Assembly (NCBI GenBank): GCA_913061155.1
Contig: CAJXSI010000003.1
Span: 1,576-65,575 of the forward strand
Reading direction: 5' to 3'
DNA length: 64,000 nucleotides
From: an uncultured Alphaproteobacteria bacterium
GTDB lineage: Bacteria; Pseudomonadota; Alphaproteobacteria; UBA7879; VGCX01
In this document: piece after piece, positions 18,522 to 28,233 of the stretch
Layout of the letters: the number at the start of each line of letters is the position of its first letter
How positions within the stretch are numbered: the first letter of the stretch is position 1
The notes under the pieces: model-generated
The model's input: the letters and a program-made list of their open reading frames with translations, nothing else
The model's database searches: none
Told to the model about the DNA's origin: nothing
Translations under genes and position numbers: made by a program

Positions 18522-19550
18522 TTAGGAAAGGCTTGATAAAGGCCATCTTGGCCGGGGTAAAAATTCCAAAGGATCTTGACGCCCCAATAAAAACTTTTCC
18601 ATCCCTGCCCAAGCAATCATTGCCCCATTATCTGTGCATAAATTCAGAGGTGGGGCAACAAATTCAACCCCTTTTTTCTGGGCAAGTCTTTCAAGACCAT
18701 TTCTGATTTCCCTATTTGCCGCAACCCCACCGGCAACGACTAAAGCCATTGGCTGGTGGATCATCCTCAAGGCATTTTTACAACGATTCATCATAATTTC
18801 CACAATTGCTTGTTGGAATGAAGCCGCCATATCAAATTTATTTTGATCTGTTATTTGGTCTAATTTTTCAACTTCACGTAAAACAGCTGATTTTAATCCG
18901 GAAAACGAGAAATCGCACCCTTCCCTTTGGCACATGGATCTTGGGAAATTATAGGCTTTGGGGTCTCCTTTCACAGCAGCGGCCTCTACTGCGGGACCGC
19001 CTGGATATCCAAGGTTTAATAATTTAGCCGTCTTATCAAATGCTTCGCCTGCAGCATCATCAATCGTCCCGCCTAATTCTTGATATTGTCCAACACCTTT
19101 TACAAACAATAATTGGGTATGCCCCCCAGAGGCTAATAATAATAAATAAGGAAACTTTACCTTGTTGGTTAATCGTACTGTCAAGGCATGGCCTTCCAAA
19201 TGATTTACCGCAATGAAAGGTTTTGAATAATAGGCCGCAATGGCTTTGGCTGTAACAGCCCCAACCAAAACCCCCCCTATCAATCCAGGACCACAAGTTG
19301 CGGCAATGGCAGAAAGGTCTGAAAATTTTATATTTGCCTGTGACATAGCCTGTCGAATAACACCATCAATTTTCTGTAAGTGTGACCGCGCAGCAATTTC
19401 AGGAACCACGCCCCCAAAATTCTGATGATCTTCAATTTGGGAAAAAACAACATTGGATAATATTTGGCCATCTTCTGTCACAACAGAAGCAGCTGTTTCA
19501 TCACAACTGGTTTCTATACCTAATACTAATTTTGGGTTTGTATTTCCCAT
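18522..19550 (-). CDS. tsaD: tRNA N6-adenosine threonylcarbamoyltransferase TsaD
   Basis: Motifs GIETSCDET and AVNHLEGH, plus C-terminal metal-binding motifs. Confidence 0.9.
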   Translation of the reverse strand: MGNTNPKLVLGIETSCDETAASVVTEDGQILSNVVFSQIEDHQNFGGVVPEIAARSHLQKIDGVIRQAMSQANIKFSDLSAIAATCGPGLIGGVLVGAVTAKAIAAYYSKPFIAVNHLEGHALTVRLTNKVKFPYLLLLASGGHTQLLFVKGVGQYQELGGTIDDAAGEAFDKTAKLLNLGYPGGPAVEAAAVKGDPKAYNFPRSMCQREGCDFSFSGLKSAVLREVEKLDQITDQNKFDMAASFQQAIVEIMMNRCKNALRMIHQPMALVVAGGVAANREIRNGLERLAQKKGVEFVAPPLNLCTDNGAMIAWAGMEKFLLGRQDPLEFLPRPRWPLSSLS

Positions 19551-19734
19551 ATAAATTCCTTAAAGATCCTCTATATAATTACTTACTTTTTTGGTATGAT
19601 CGCCATTATAGCATAATTAATGATGGCACCAGACATTCGCAACGACGCCTAAAGAATATAGGTTAAAAGCATAACGATGGGCCAATATTAAGTAGTTTTG
19701 CTATAGCATAATAGCATAATTAATACTATATATA

Positions 19735-20643
19735 ATGACACACATAACACAAATCAAAATTGGGACCCGCAAAAGCCCCCTGGCCTTAAGGCAAGCTGAA
19801 CTTGTTAAAAATGAACTGCTTCGGGCGCATCCTTATTTTTCTGAAGACACGTTTGAAATTGTTCCAATTAAAACTTCGGGGGATATTCACAACGATGTTC
19901 GTCTGGCTGATATTGGTGGCAAAGGACTGTTCACAAAAGAAATAGATGCCGCCTTATTGGATGGCCGGGTGGATTTGGCTGTTCATTCATTAAAAGATGT
20001 TGAAACCATCATTCCAAATACTATTAAACTGGCTGGTGTCCTTGAACGTGAAGACCCCCGGGATGTTTTGATTTCCAATGATAATATTAAATTAATGGAT
20101 TTACCCGAAGGGGCCATCCTTGGAACGGCTTCTGCCCGTCGCCAGGCCCATATTATGGATCTAAGGCCTGACATTAAAGTGAAACTAATGCGGGGGAATA
20201 TTGGCACCCGGCTGGAAAAGTTGGCCAGCGGTGAATTTGATGCCACCATCCTGGCCTATGCCGGATTATTAAGACTGGGGCACACCCAAGAAATTTCAGA
20301 AGTATTTGACCCAGATATGATGGTGCCTGCTGTTGGGCAAGGGGTTATTGGTATTTGTGCCCGTAATAAGGATCAAGACTTTATTGATTTAATTCGAAAT
20401 ATTAACCATAGAAAAACCGAACAATGTATCATCGCAGAACGTGCGATGCTGGCTGAACTTGACGGATCTTGCCGAACCCCAATTGGGGGATATGCCCGCA
20501 TTATACATGATAAAATTGTCCTATCTGGATTTTTGGCAAATGATTCCATGAATTCTGCTGTCAGGGCCAAAGATATGGGACGAAACCCCACAGACTTAGG
20601 CATAAAAATTGCCCAAGATTTAAAAAGCGAATTAAAAAAATGA
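19735..20643 (+). CDS. hemC: hydroxymethylbilane synthase (porphobilinogen deaminase)
   Basis: Motif IGTRKSPLALRQAE and a C-terminal cofactor-binding Cys region. Confidence 0.9.
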   Translation: MTHITQIKIGTRKSPLALRQAELVKNELLRAHPYFSEDTFEIVPIKTSGDIHNDVRLADIGGKGLFTKEIDAALLDGRVDLAVHSLKDVETIIPNTIKLAGVLEREDPRDVLISNDNIKLMDLPEGAILGTASARRQAHIMDLRPDIKVKLMRGNIGTRLEKLASGEFDATILAYAGLLRLGHTQEISEVFDPDMMVPAVGQGVIGICARNKDQDFIDLIRNINHRKTEQCIIAERAMLAELDGSCRTPIGGYARIIHDKIVLSGFLANDSMNSAVRAKDMGRNPTDLGIKIAQDLKSELKK

Positions 20644-21341
20644 CCTACTTTCTTTTGACACGCCCTTATGAAAACAGTCAAGAAATGGTTCCTGAAATAG
20701 AAAAATTGGGATTCAATTGTTTAACAAGCCCCTTGCTTGATATTAAAAATATAAATCCCTTAATTGATTTTAAGCCATACCAATCCCTTATTATTACAAG
20801 TCCCAAAGCCATCCCTTTCCTGCCAAGTGATACGGATAAAACCCTTTGGTGTGTGGGTGAATTGACTGCCCAAAAATGCAAAGAAAAAGGGTTGGGATAT
20901 ATAATTCACCGCAAAGATATTGAAGAACTTCTTGAATTGATTTTGGGCCATTCCCCTGAAGAAATTGGAAAAACTATGTACCTAAGGGGTAAAAATATTT
21001 CAACGAATTTAAAAAATATGCTGTCAGTTATGGGATATGATGTTGACGAAGAAATTTGTTATGATGCCCTTCCCGCAGAGAATTTTACCCCCGAAGTCAT
21101 TGACTTATTTCAACAAAATAAGATTAAAACAACGGCTTTATTTTCGGTACAAAGCGCCCAAAATTTTGTAGATATAATTCAAAAAAACAACCTGGAATCT
21201 TTTTTAAAGAACCTGACTTGTCTTGCCTATAGTCCACAAATAAAAACAACTTTGCTGCCTTTAAATTTTGGGAATATCATCGTTTGTGAAAACCCGACAA
21301 TGGATTGTTTTTGGAATGAACTGAAAAATTGTGTATCATAG
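20640..21341 (+). CDS. hemD: uroporphyrinogen-III synthase (probable)
   Basis: 4-bp overlap with hemC (operon). HemD-like length, and the LLTRP N-terminus. Confidence 0.55.
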   Translation: MTYFLLTRPYENSQEMVPEIEKLGFNCLTSPLLDIKNINPLIDFKPYQSLIITSPKAIPFLPSDTDKTLWCVGELTAQKCKEKGLGYIIHRKDIEELLELILGHSPEEIGKTMYLRGKNISTNLKNMLSVMGYDVDEEICYDALPAENFTPEVIDLFQQNKIKTTALFSVQSAQNFVDIIQKNNLESFLKNLTCLAYSPQIKTTLLPLNFGNIIVCENPTMDCFWNELKNCVS

Positions 21342-21359
21342 GTCGAATAAGGGGTCATC

Positions 21360-22235
21360 ATGATGGATAAATCAAAACTGGAAAATATAAAAAACAAGGC
21401 CGAAACTGAAATTAACAAACCAGAAAACAAAGGTATTTTTGGGGGTGTTAAATTTATGTTTATGATTATTGGTGGGCTTGTCTTTATTATGATTCTGGTC
21501 TTTTTATTTTCCCAAGAATTAACGGGTCGTAATTTAAAGGGCTGGGCCAAAGAATTAACAAAAAATCCTGAACAAGACAGTAAAATCAGCCAGTTATATA
21601 ATACTATTGATCAATTGGAAACTAAGATTAATTCCATTGAAACGGCTGAATCAACACCAGCTGCGGCCATGGATTCTACGGAAATCAAAGCAACAATTAA
21701 TTCAGAACTGTCCACAATGGGGCAACGTCTTTTGAAAACACAGCAGTTAAGTCGTCATTTTGGGTTGATTGTTTATTTATTCCAACGCATTGAAACTGCC
21801 TTTTATCAAGGGCAACCCTTTAATAATTTATTTCTTGAGCTGACCCAGATTCTGCCCGAAAAAATTCAAAACCACCCTGTGATGGCAAAGCTTGGCCAGG
21901 TAAGTATTGTTGGTGTGCCGACTATTTCCGAAATAAAAATAAACCTTCGCAATAATATGACGCCCAATGACAAGTCTGTAGCTTTCTTGAAAAAACCCTT
22001 GTCATATTTGAAATCACTTATAACCGTTCGTCGGTCTAAAAAAGATCCAGAATTGAAGAAAATCATGAATGCCTTAGGCAAACAGGATTTAAAAAAGGCA
22101 GTGGAAATTATGCGATTATCCACAAGGTCTTATGAACCTGCTGCCCAAGATTTATATCGTCGAATTGATGCCCTTCAAGACTTGCAAGAATTAAACCGCC
22201 TTGTGCTGGCTTATTTGTCAGGAAAGGATCTATAG
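21360..22235 (+). CDS. HemX-like membrane protein (COG2959/mitofilin-like, often mis-annotated as uroporphyrinogen-III C-methyltransferase)
   Basis: One TM helix, a coiled-coil region, and a position between hemD and hemY-like typical of alphaproteobacteria. Confidence 0.45.
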   Translation: MMDKSKLENIKNKAETEINKPENKGIFGGVKFMFMIIGGLVFIMILVFLFSQELTGRNLKGWAKELTKNPEQDSKISQLYNTIDQLETKINSIETAESTPAAAMDSTEIKATINSELSTMGQRLLKTQQLSRHFGLIVYLFQRIETAFYQGQPFNNLFLELTQILPEKIQNHPVMAKLGQVSIVGVPTISEIKINLRNNMTPNDKSVAFLKKPLSYLKSLITVRRSKKDPELKKIMNALGKQDLKKAVEIMRLSTRSYEPAAQDLYRRIDALQDLQELNRLVLAYLSGKDL

Positions 22236-23432
22236 ATGCGTCTTAAGATTACAATTCTTATCACCAAAATAATATTATTGGCCGTAGCCGTCCTTTGGTT
22301 TTTTCAAAATCCCGGAACCGTGGTTATTGAATGGCAAGGATTTGAAGCCGAAGTATCCCTTGGAATTGTTTTACTTGGGCTTCTTATTCTGTTTTTCCTT
22401 TATGGATTGATTGGCTGGTTGGTGGGCCGCATGAATCATTTCTTAAGCTGGTTTTACGAAGGCAAAGAAATTCGTCGTCGTCGGGATGGGCGCGCCCTTT
22501 TATCCGAAGCCTTCACAGCCCAAGCGTTGGGATGCGATAACAAGGCAATAGAATTGGCAGAAAATGCCCAAAAATTGCTTCCTTTATCTGGTATTCCTGC
22601 CCTTATTTTATACCAAGTTGGGCAAGAATTGAACAATGCTTCATTGATTAATAAGTCATTAAAAGTACTGAATAAATACAAAGAATTAAAGCCTATTGCC
22701 ACAGCATATTATCTGGCAAAATATTGTGAAAATGAAAATTTTAAAGAAGCTGAAAAGATCATAGAATCTTTGAAAAAAGAATGCCCAAAAAGCCCTTGGG
22801 CCTGGCGTGAAATTGCGTTGTATAAATACAAAGTTCAAGATTGGCAAGCTGCCCATGAATCCTTGCACAAAGCAGAAAGTCTTGGGGCTTTTCAACAAGA
22901 TGAATTTAACAGAATGGCCAGTCATATTTGGTATGAACTAAGTCAGCAACCGTCAAAGGATCGCCTGAATCTTTTAAAACTACTGGAAAAATCTTTTGAG
23001 GCAGATGAAACAAATGTAACCGCAGCTGTCGCTTATGCCAAAGCCCTTAAACAAGAAGGGGATTTAATCGCAGCCACCACCGTTTTAAAAAATGCTTGGG
23101 CGGCAAAACCAGACTGGCCGTTGGCTGAAATGTATGCGAAAATTCTATCAAAAGGCACATCTGACATAGAACGCCTGAAATATATTAAAGAAATTTCTGA
23201 AACAAACAGTCATCACCCCACCACCATACTTATTTTGGCCATTGGATGTCTTAAGGCAAAGGTTTGGGGTGAGTCATCAAAATATATTCAGAAACTGCCC
23301 GACGGGGTGGATAAAAGAATTCTTCAAGCTGCGCTTGTTAAATCAGAAAAAAATGATATAGATGCCGCAACCTTGCTGATTAAGGAAGTCCTTGGCAGCC
23401 TTGGGTACGCACAGTCTGCCTCTGTTATTTAG
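22236..23432 (+). CDS. HemY_N-domain TPR protein (heme-biosynthesis-associated)
   Basis: Two N-terminal TM helices followed by TPR-like repeats. It is translationally coupled to the HemX-like gene. Confidence 0.55.
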   Translation: MRLKITILITKIILLAVAVLWFFQNPGTVVIEWQGFEAEVSLGIVLLGLLILFFLYGLIGWLVGRMNHFLSWFYEGKEIRRRRDGRALLSEAFTAQALGCDNKAIELAENAQKLLPLSGIPALILYQVGQELNNASLINKSLKVLNKYKELKPIATAYYLAKYCENENFKEAEKIIESLKKECPKSPWAWREIALYKYKVQDWQAAHESLHKAESLGAFQQDEFNRMASHIWYELSQQPSKDRLNLLKLLEKSFEADETNVTAAVAYAKALKQEGDLIAATTVLKNAWAAKPDWPLAEMYAKILSKGTSDIERLKYIKEISETNSHHPTTILILAIGCLKAKVWGESSKYIQKLPDGVDKRILQAALVKSEKNDIDAATLLIKEVLGSLGYAQSASVI

Positions 23433-23672
23433 GTTTATAGGCCCGCACGGTAATATTTTCAAGGCGGTTGAGCCAAAAAGCGCAGCTACGCAACAAGTCC
23501 TTTGTATTCGAGGGGCATTCCTCTGACATTAACCCAAGAAAGGTGTGGGTAAACAGCTATTTTCTTATGCAAGATCTTTAATGGATTGATCTTAATTTGA
23601 AATTAGAAAAACCGACGAAGATATTGAACCTTTCAATTTCCAGGTCCTTGTTATTTCCAGGGACCCTTACTT

Positions 23673-24920
23673 TTAAGAAAAGTTAAACACCCCAACAACT
23701 TCGGTGTGGGCGGCCCACATAAATTGGTCAACCGGGATGACTTTTTCCAAGACATACCCTTTTTCACATAAAATGGCGGCTTCTTTGGCAAAGCTTGCTG
23801 GACTACATGACACATAAATGACGCACGGAACACGGGCCATTGCCACCTGTTTTGCCTGAACTTGCGCCCCAGATCGCGGCGGGTTCATAACAACCACATC
23901 ATATTTCTTAAGATCATCCGCCTGTACAGGATCGCCGAACAAATCTTGGACAAGCGCCCGAATATTGGGATGTCCCACATTGGCCAATGCCGCAATAGAC
24001 CTTACATCCCCTTCAAATCCAGTTACCTTGCATCCATGTTCTGCGATCGGCAGTGTCAATGTTCCACGCCCACAGAAAAGATCCACAACCTTATGCGCAT
24101 TTTTGGGTAGGTAACTGGTAACAAGATCAGCCAGAATTTGTTCTGCCTTTGCACTGGCTTGTAAAAAACAATTTGCAGAAATCGAAACTTTGTTTCCCGC
24201 CAGCAAAACATGTGGTTCATCGCTTTGGATAACCATTGCAGGTTGGCCTTTTATTTTCAAAGTCATCCGGATTAAATATTCTTTTGTGAACTGATCAACA
24301 AAACCCATCTGATCGTCTGTTAAAGGGTTTTTAAACCCTGCCAAAATCATATCAAGACCATTCGCAGCAGCCGTTAAAAACACATGAATAATCATGTGGT
24401 CGTCAGTGATTTGATTTATAAGATGCCGCAACGGGGCAAAAACAGATTCAATTTCTGGTACAACAATCAGGCATTCTTTGAAATCAATGGTTTTCCAGCG
24501 ATTTTTAATCGTAAATCCCATAACAACCTGGCCATCATTTTTCATTGCTTTAAAGTCAATACGACGACGCTGGCGTTCCCCCACAATAATGGGGTCGTGA
24601 ACATCAACAGACAGACCATTTTTCTTTAGGGCGTCTTGAACCAACCCTTTTTTAAAATTTTTGTAAAAATCATCCGATACATGTTGCAAAGAACAGCCGC
24701 CACAACTGCCATAGTGGATACATTTTGGATCAATACGGTCGGGGCTTTTTTGATGGATAGTTTCAGGATTGACCCAATGGTCGCCCTTCGAGGTATAATA
24801 TTCCCCTTCAACTTCTTCCCCAGGCAAAACAAAGGGAACTGAAACTGTTTTTTCATCAACAATTCCAGTTCCACATGCCTTTGCATTAAAACTAGTTATC
24901 TTAAGTTTTGTTAAGATCAT
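23673..24920 (-). CDS. rlmD: 23S rRNA (uracil-C5)-methyltransferase RlmD/RumA-family (TRAM + class I SAM MTase)
   Basis: An Fe-S Cys cluster (C...CGGC), SAM motif DLFCGRGTLTLPIA, and motif IV VVMNPPRSG. Confidence 0.75.
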   Translation of the reverse strand: MILTKLKITSFNAKACGTGIVDEKTVSVPFVLPGEEVEGEYYTSKGDHWVNPETIHQKSPDRIDPKCIHYGSCGGCSLQHVSDDFYKNFKKGLVQDALKKNGLSVDVHDPIIVGERQRRRIDFKAMKNDGQVVMGFTIKNRWKTIDFKECLIVVPEIESVFAPLRHLINQITDDHMIIHVFLTAAANGLDMILAGFKNPLTDDQMGFVDQFTKEYLIRMTLKIKGQPAMVIQSDEPHVLLAGNKVSISANCFLQASAKAEQILADLVTSYLPKNAHKVVDLFCGRGTLTLPIAEHGCKVTGFEGDVRSIAALANVGHPNIRALVQDLFGDPVQADDLKKYDVVVMNPPRSGAQVQAKQVAMARVPCVIYVSCSPASFAKEAAILCEKGYVLEKVIPVDQFMWAAHTEVVGVFNFS

Positions 24921-26728
24921 GCCTTGCTTCTGGAAGCGCGTTTGCGATCATTCGGATCAAGCATTACTTTGCGCAAACGCAGGTTTTGTGGTGTTACTTC
25001 CACTAATTCATCATCTGAAATATAAGAAATCATTTCTTCTAATGACATTTTTTTTGGTGGAACCAAACGAATGGCTTCATCCGTTCCGGATGCACGAACG
25101 TTTGTCAGCTGCTTTCCTCTAAGAACGTTAACTTCCAAATCATTATCGCGGCTATTTTCACCAACAAGCATCCCACGGTAAACTTTTTCTTGGGGATTAA
25201 GGAACATAGTTCCCCTTTCTTGTAAGTTAAACAAAGAATACCCGACAGCTTCCCCTTGTCCATTAGATGTAAGAACCCCATTACGACGTCCCGGGATATC
25301 CCCTTTATAAGACTCATATGAATGGAAAATACGGTTCATAACCCCTGTACCACGTGTGTCTGTTAAAAATTCAGATTGGTACCCAATTAAACCACGGGAA
25401 GGAACGTGGAAAACAATTCTTATTTTTCCCCCACTTGGTTTCATATCAACCAAACTTCCCTTACGTTGGTTGATTTTTTCAACCACAGAACCACTATATT
25501 CTTCATCAACGTCAATAATAACTTCTTCAATAGGTTCCAAAGTTTTACCATTTTCATCTTTTTTCAATAAAACGCGTGGTCTGGAAACTGAAAGTTCAAA
25601 TCCTTCGCGGCGCATGGTTTCAATCAAAACACCCAACTGTAATTCTCCACGACCCCCAACTTCAAAAGATTCGTTATTTTCTGTTTCTTTTACAGTAATC
25701 GCGACATTGGTTTCAGATTCTGTAAATAAACGATCGCGAATCATACGCGATGTAACCTTGGATCCTTCTTGCCCTGCAAAAGGGGAATCATTAACACCAA
25801 GTGTAATGGCCATTGTTGGTGGATCAATTGGCGTTGAAGGGATGGGTTCTGTAACAGATGGGTCACAAATTGTATCAGAAACTGATGTTTTTTCCATACC
25901 TGCAATACAAACAATATCACCTGCAACAACTTCGTCTACTGAGACGCGTTTCACCCCAGAAAAACTTTGAAGCTTTGTCAAACGACCTGTTTCAACAATT
26001 TTTCCGTTCAAATCAATGGATTTCACAACCGAGTTAACCTTTGCCTTACCGCTGTAGACACGGCCTGTCAAAATACGGCCCAAGAACGAATCCCGTTGTA
26101 ACAAAGTCGCCAACATAGAAAAAGGGGCGTCTTCATCAACATCCGGTGTTGGTACGTGATTTACAATCAATTCCAACATGGGAATAAGGTTTTCATGTTT
26201 GTCTTCCATTTCTTTAACGCACCAGCCATCACGGCCCGAAGCATAAAGAATTGGGAAATCTAATTGGGCTTCTGTTGCTTCCAAGTCCACGAATAAATCA
26301 AATACTTCGTTAATAACTTCATCTATACGACCATCAGGGCGATCGGCCTTGTTAACAACAACCATTGGTTTTAAACCACGTTTTAAGGCTTTACCCAAAA
26401 CGAATTTGGTTTGTGGCATGGGCCCTTCAGCGGCATCAACCAACAAGATAACACCGTCAACCATGGACAAAACGCGTTCAACTTCGCCACCGAAATCTGC
26501 GTGACCTGGTGTATCAACGATATTAATACGCATATCATTCCAGTCAATAGATGTACATTTTGCAAGAATCGTAATACCACGTTCTTTTTCTAAATCCCCA
26601 TTATCCATAATGCGGGCATCAACACTTTGGTTTTGGCGGAAAGTTCCGCTTTGACCAAGAAGTGAGTCAATTAAGGTTGTTTTACCGTGGTCAACGTGGG
26701 CAATAATTGCAATGTTACGAATATTCAT
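24917..26728 (-). CDS. typA: translational GTPase TypA/BipA
   Basis: N-terminus NIAIIAHVDHGKTTL, the DTPGHADF motif, and the NKxD motif. Confidence 0.9.
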   Translation of the reverse strand: MNIRNIAIIAHVDHGKTTLIDSLLGQSGTFRQNQSVDARIMDNGDLEKERGITILAKCTSIDWNDMRINIVDTPGHADFGGEVERVLSMVDGVILLVDAAEGPMPQTKFVLGKALKRGLKPMVVVNKADRPDGRIDEVINEVFDLFVDLEATEAQLDFPILYASGRDGWCVKEMEDKHENLIPMLELIVNHVPTPDVDEDAPFSMLATLLQRDSFLGRILTGRVYSGKAKVNSVVKSIDLNGKIVETGRLTKLQSFSGVKRVSVDEVVAGDIVCIAGMEKTSVSDTICDPSVTEPIPSTPIDPPTMAITLGVNDSPFAGQEGSKVTSRMIRDRLFTESETNVAITVKETENNESFEVGGRGELQLGVLIETMRREGFELSVSRPRVLLKKDENGKTLEPIEEVIIDVDEEYSGSVVEKINQRKGSLVDMKPSGGKIRIVFHVPSRGLIGYQSEFLTDTRGTGVMNRIFHSYESYKGDIPGRRNGVLTSNGQGEAVGYSLFNLQERGTMFLNPQEKVYRGMLVGENSRDNDLEVNVLRGKQLTNVRASGTDEAIRLVPPKKMSLEEMISYISDDELVEVTPQNLRLRKVMLDPNDRKRASRSKA

Positions 26729-27047
26729 TAATTTCTATTTCCTTTATTTAAATCAAAGCGAATTAAGTTAGCTCGGGGGCTAGGCATAAGCAAGGCCGCC
26801 TACAACTGGTAGGCAACGAGCGTAATAACGCAGCACCCAAGTTAAATCAATTCGCGATACGGGCATCATAGCCTTATATAGAGTCAAGAACAACTCCCTT
26901 TATACCATATCGTAACTGTTTTTGTTATTTTCAAGTCAAAAGGATTCAATAAACCCTTTGTTTTTTAGAAATAATACAATATTTAAAATTGAAGTCCATG
27001 AATTGTTCTTGCTTAATTCGGTCAGATTGAATCAACTGGAGATACTG

Positions 27048-28226
27048 ATGAAACTTAAATTCCTGATTTTTATACTAATTCTATTTTCTGCATCTGCTGA
27101 TTCTGCCATGCGTGAGGCAATAATACTTACTGAAAAAGCATTTGCCCGCACCGCACGTGTAGCAGTAAGAGGGATGGCAACAAAAGCGCATCATCCTTCT
27201 TCTGAATCTTGGGGGACTATTTCATGTGTTGCAGAGGCAATAGAGGCGCAAGAAACTGTTGTTAGCGGAACACAGGCCCTATTTAATCCGCTTGAAATGA
27301 AAGATAGGGATTATCACTTTGCCTTGCCAAACCATTTTGGGATTTGGTACCGGGGCGTTAATGATGGAAGATTCAATCTTACCCCAGGCATACAAAGGCT
27401 TGTAGACCCAAGTTTGCCTATTGATGATCAAATAAAGTTTCTTGAAGAAACACCAATGTTCAATGGATATTTACTAAAAAACCCTAAAGTCCATCATGAT
27501 TTTAACAACCCAGATCTTCACAGAAGTGTTGATAACATAATGTCTTGGTTAACTTTCATGCAGCATTATGGGTTTCCCACCCGTTTATTGGATTGGACAT
27601 CTAATATAGAAACAGCTTTATTTTTCGCTGCAAGCGGCAATACAGAAGGTAAAACCGGGAAATTACATGTTTTAAACGCTGTAAGACTTAATAACTATGT
27701 TCTTGGTGACAAAGGTTTTGGGGTCTGCCCCCAAGACCATCTTTCCGTATCTTTAAGGGCGGAATTATCTTTATCCCTCAATGCAGAAGATTTATTAAAC
27801 CGTAAAACAATTTTTGAACATGAATCTTATATTACCTATGTAAAAAAGGGCGGAAATCCAGCTGATTTTTTGGATGGTTTAGAAATGCCTATTGCTGTGG
27901 AGGCACGGCGTTACAACCCTAGAATTGTTAGCCAAGAAGGGTGTTTTACAATCCACGGGGGGAAAATATTACCAAAAAGCATGAAAACAACTTTGCCAAG
28001 GCCAAAAACTTTAGAGGAATTAAATGAGGAAGCGATAAGGGCAGGACACCCCCCTTTCCTAATTAGTTTCGATATCGAAAACCAAGAAAGAATTTTACGG
28101 GAACTAAAAGATGGTGGTATAACTGAAACCTCTTTATTGGGCCCCAAAGACGACGAAAGAACAAAAAAAATGGAAGCCCTAGCCCAGGATATTAAAAAAT
28201 ACTGGACACTGAAAAGGATCTTTTAA
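27048..28226 (+). CDS. secreted FRG-domain protein (PF08867-like)
   Basis: RBS GGAG 5 nt upstream, and signal peptide MKLKFLIFILILFSASADSA. FRG hallmark motifs are IWYRG...L.P...R and FMQHYGFPTRLLDWTSNIETALFFAA, with a C-terminal RIVSQEGCFTIHG. Confidence 0.6.
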   Translation: MKLKFLIFILILFSASADSAMREAIILTEKAFARTARVAVRGMATKAHHPSSESWGTISCVAEAIEAQETVVSGTQALFNPLEMKDRDYHFALPNHFGIWYRGVNDGRFNLTPGIQRLVDPSLPIDDQIKFLEETPMFNGYLLKNPKVHHDFNNPDLHRSVDNIMSWLTFMQHYGFPTRLLDWTSNIETALFFAASGNTEGKTGKLHVLNAVRLNNYVLGDKGFGVCPQDHLSVSLRAELSLSLNAEDLLNRKTIFEHESYITYVKKGGNPADFLDGLEMPIAVEARRYNPRIVSQEGCFTIHGGKILPKSMKTTLPRPKTLEELNEEAIRAGHPPFLISFDIENQERILRELKDGGITETSLLGPKDDERTKKMEALAQDIKKYWTLKRIF

Positions 28227-28233
28227 TATATTG

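Noticed and set aside
21360-22235. Calling the HemX-like gene a uroporphyrinogen-III C-methyltransferase
   Set aside because: There is no SAM-binding methyltransferase motif. It is a TM plus coiled-coil protein, so only the positional HemX-like label is justified.
25356-25970. 204-aa ORF antisense to typA (and similar antisense ORFs 15246-15722 in recG, 37443-38069 in the DASS transporter, 47376-47789 in gpsA, 48303-48836 in tlyC, 42261-42811 in hslU)
   Set aside because: They lie fully inside well-supported conserved genes on the opposite strand. The Ser/Pro/Thr-rich translations are typical of antisense frames.
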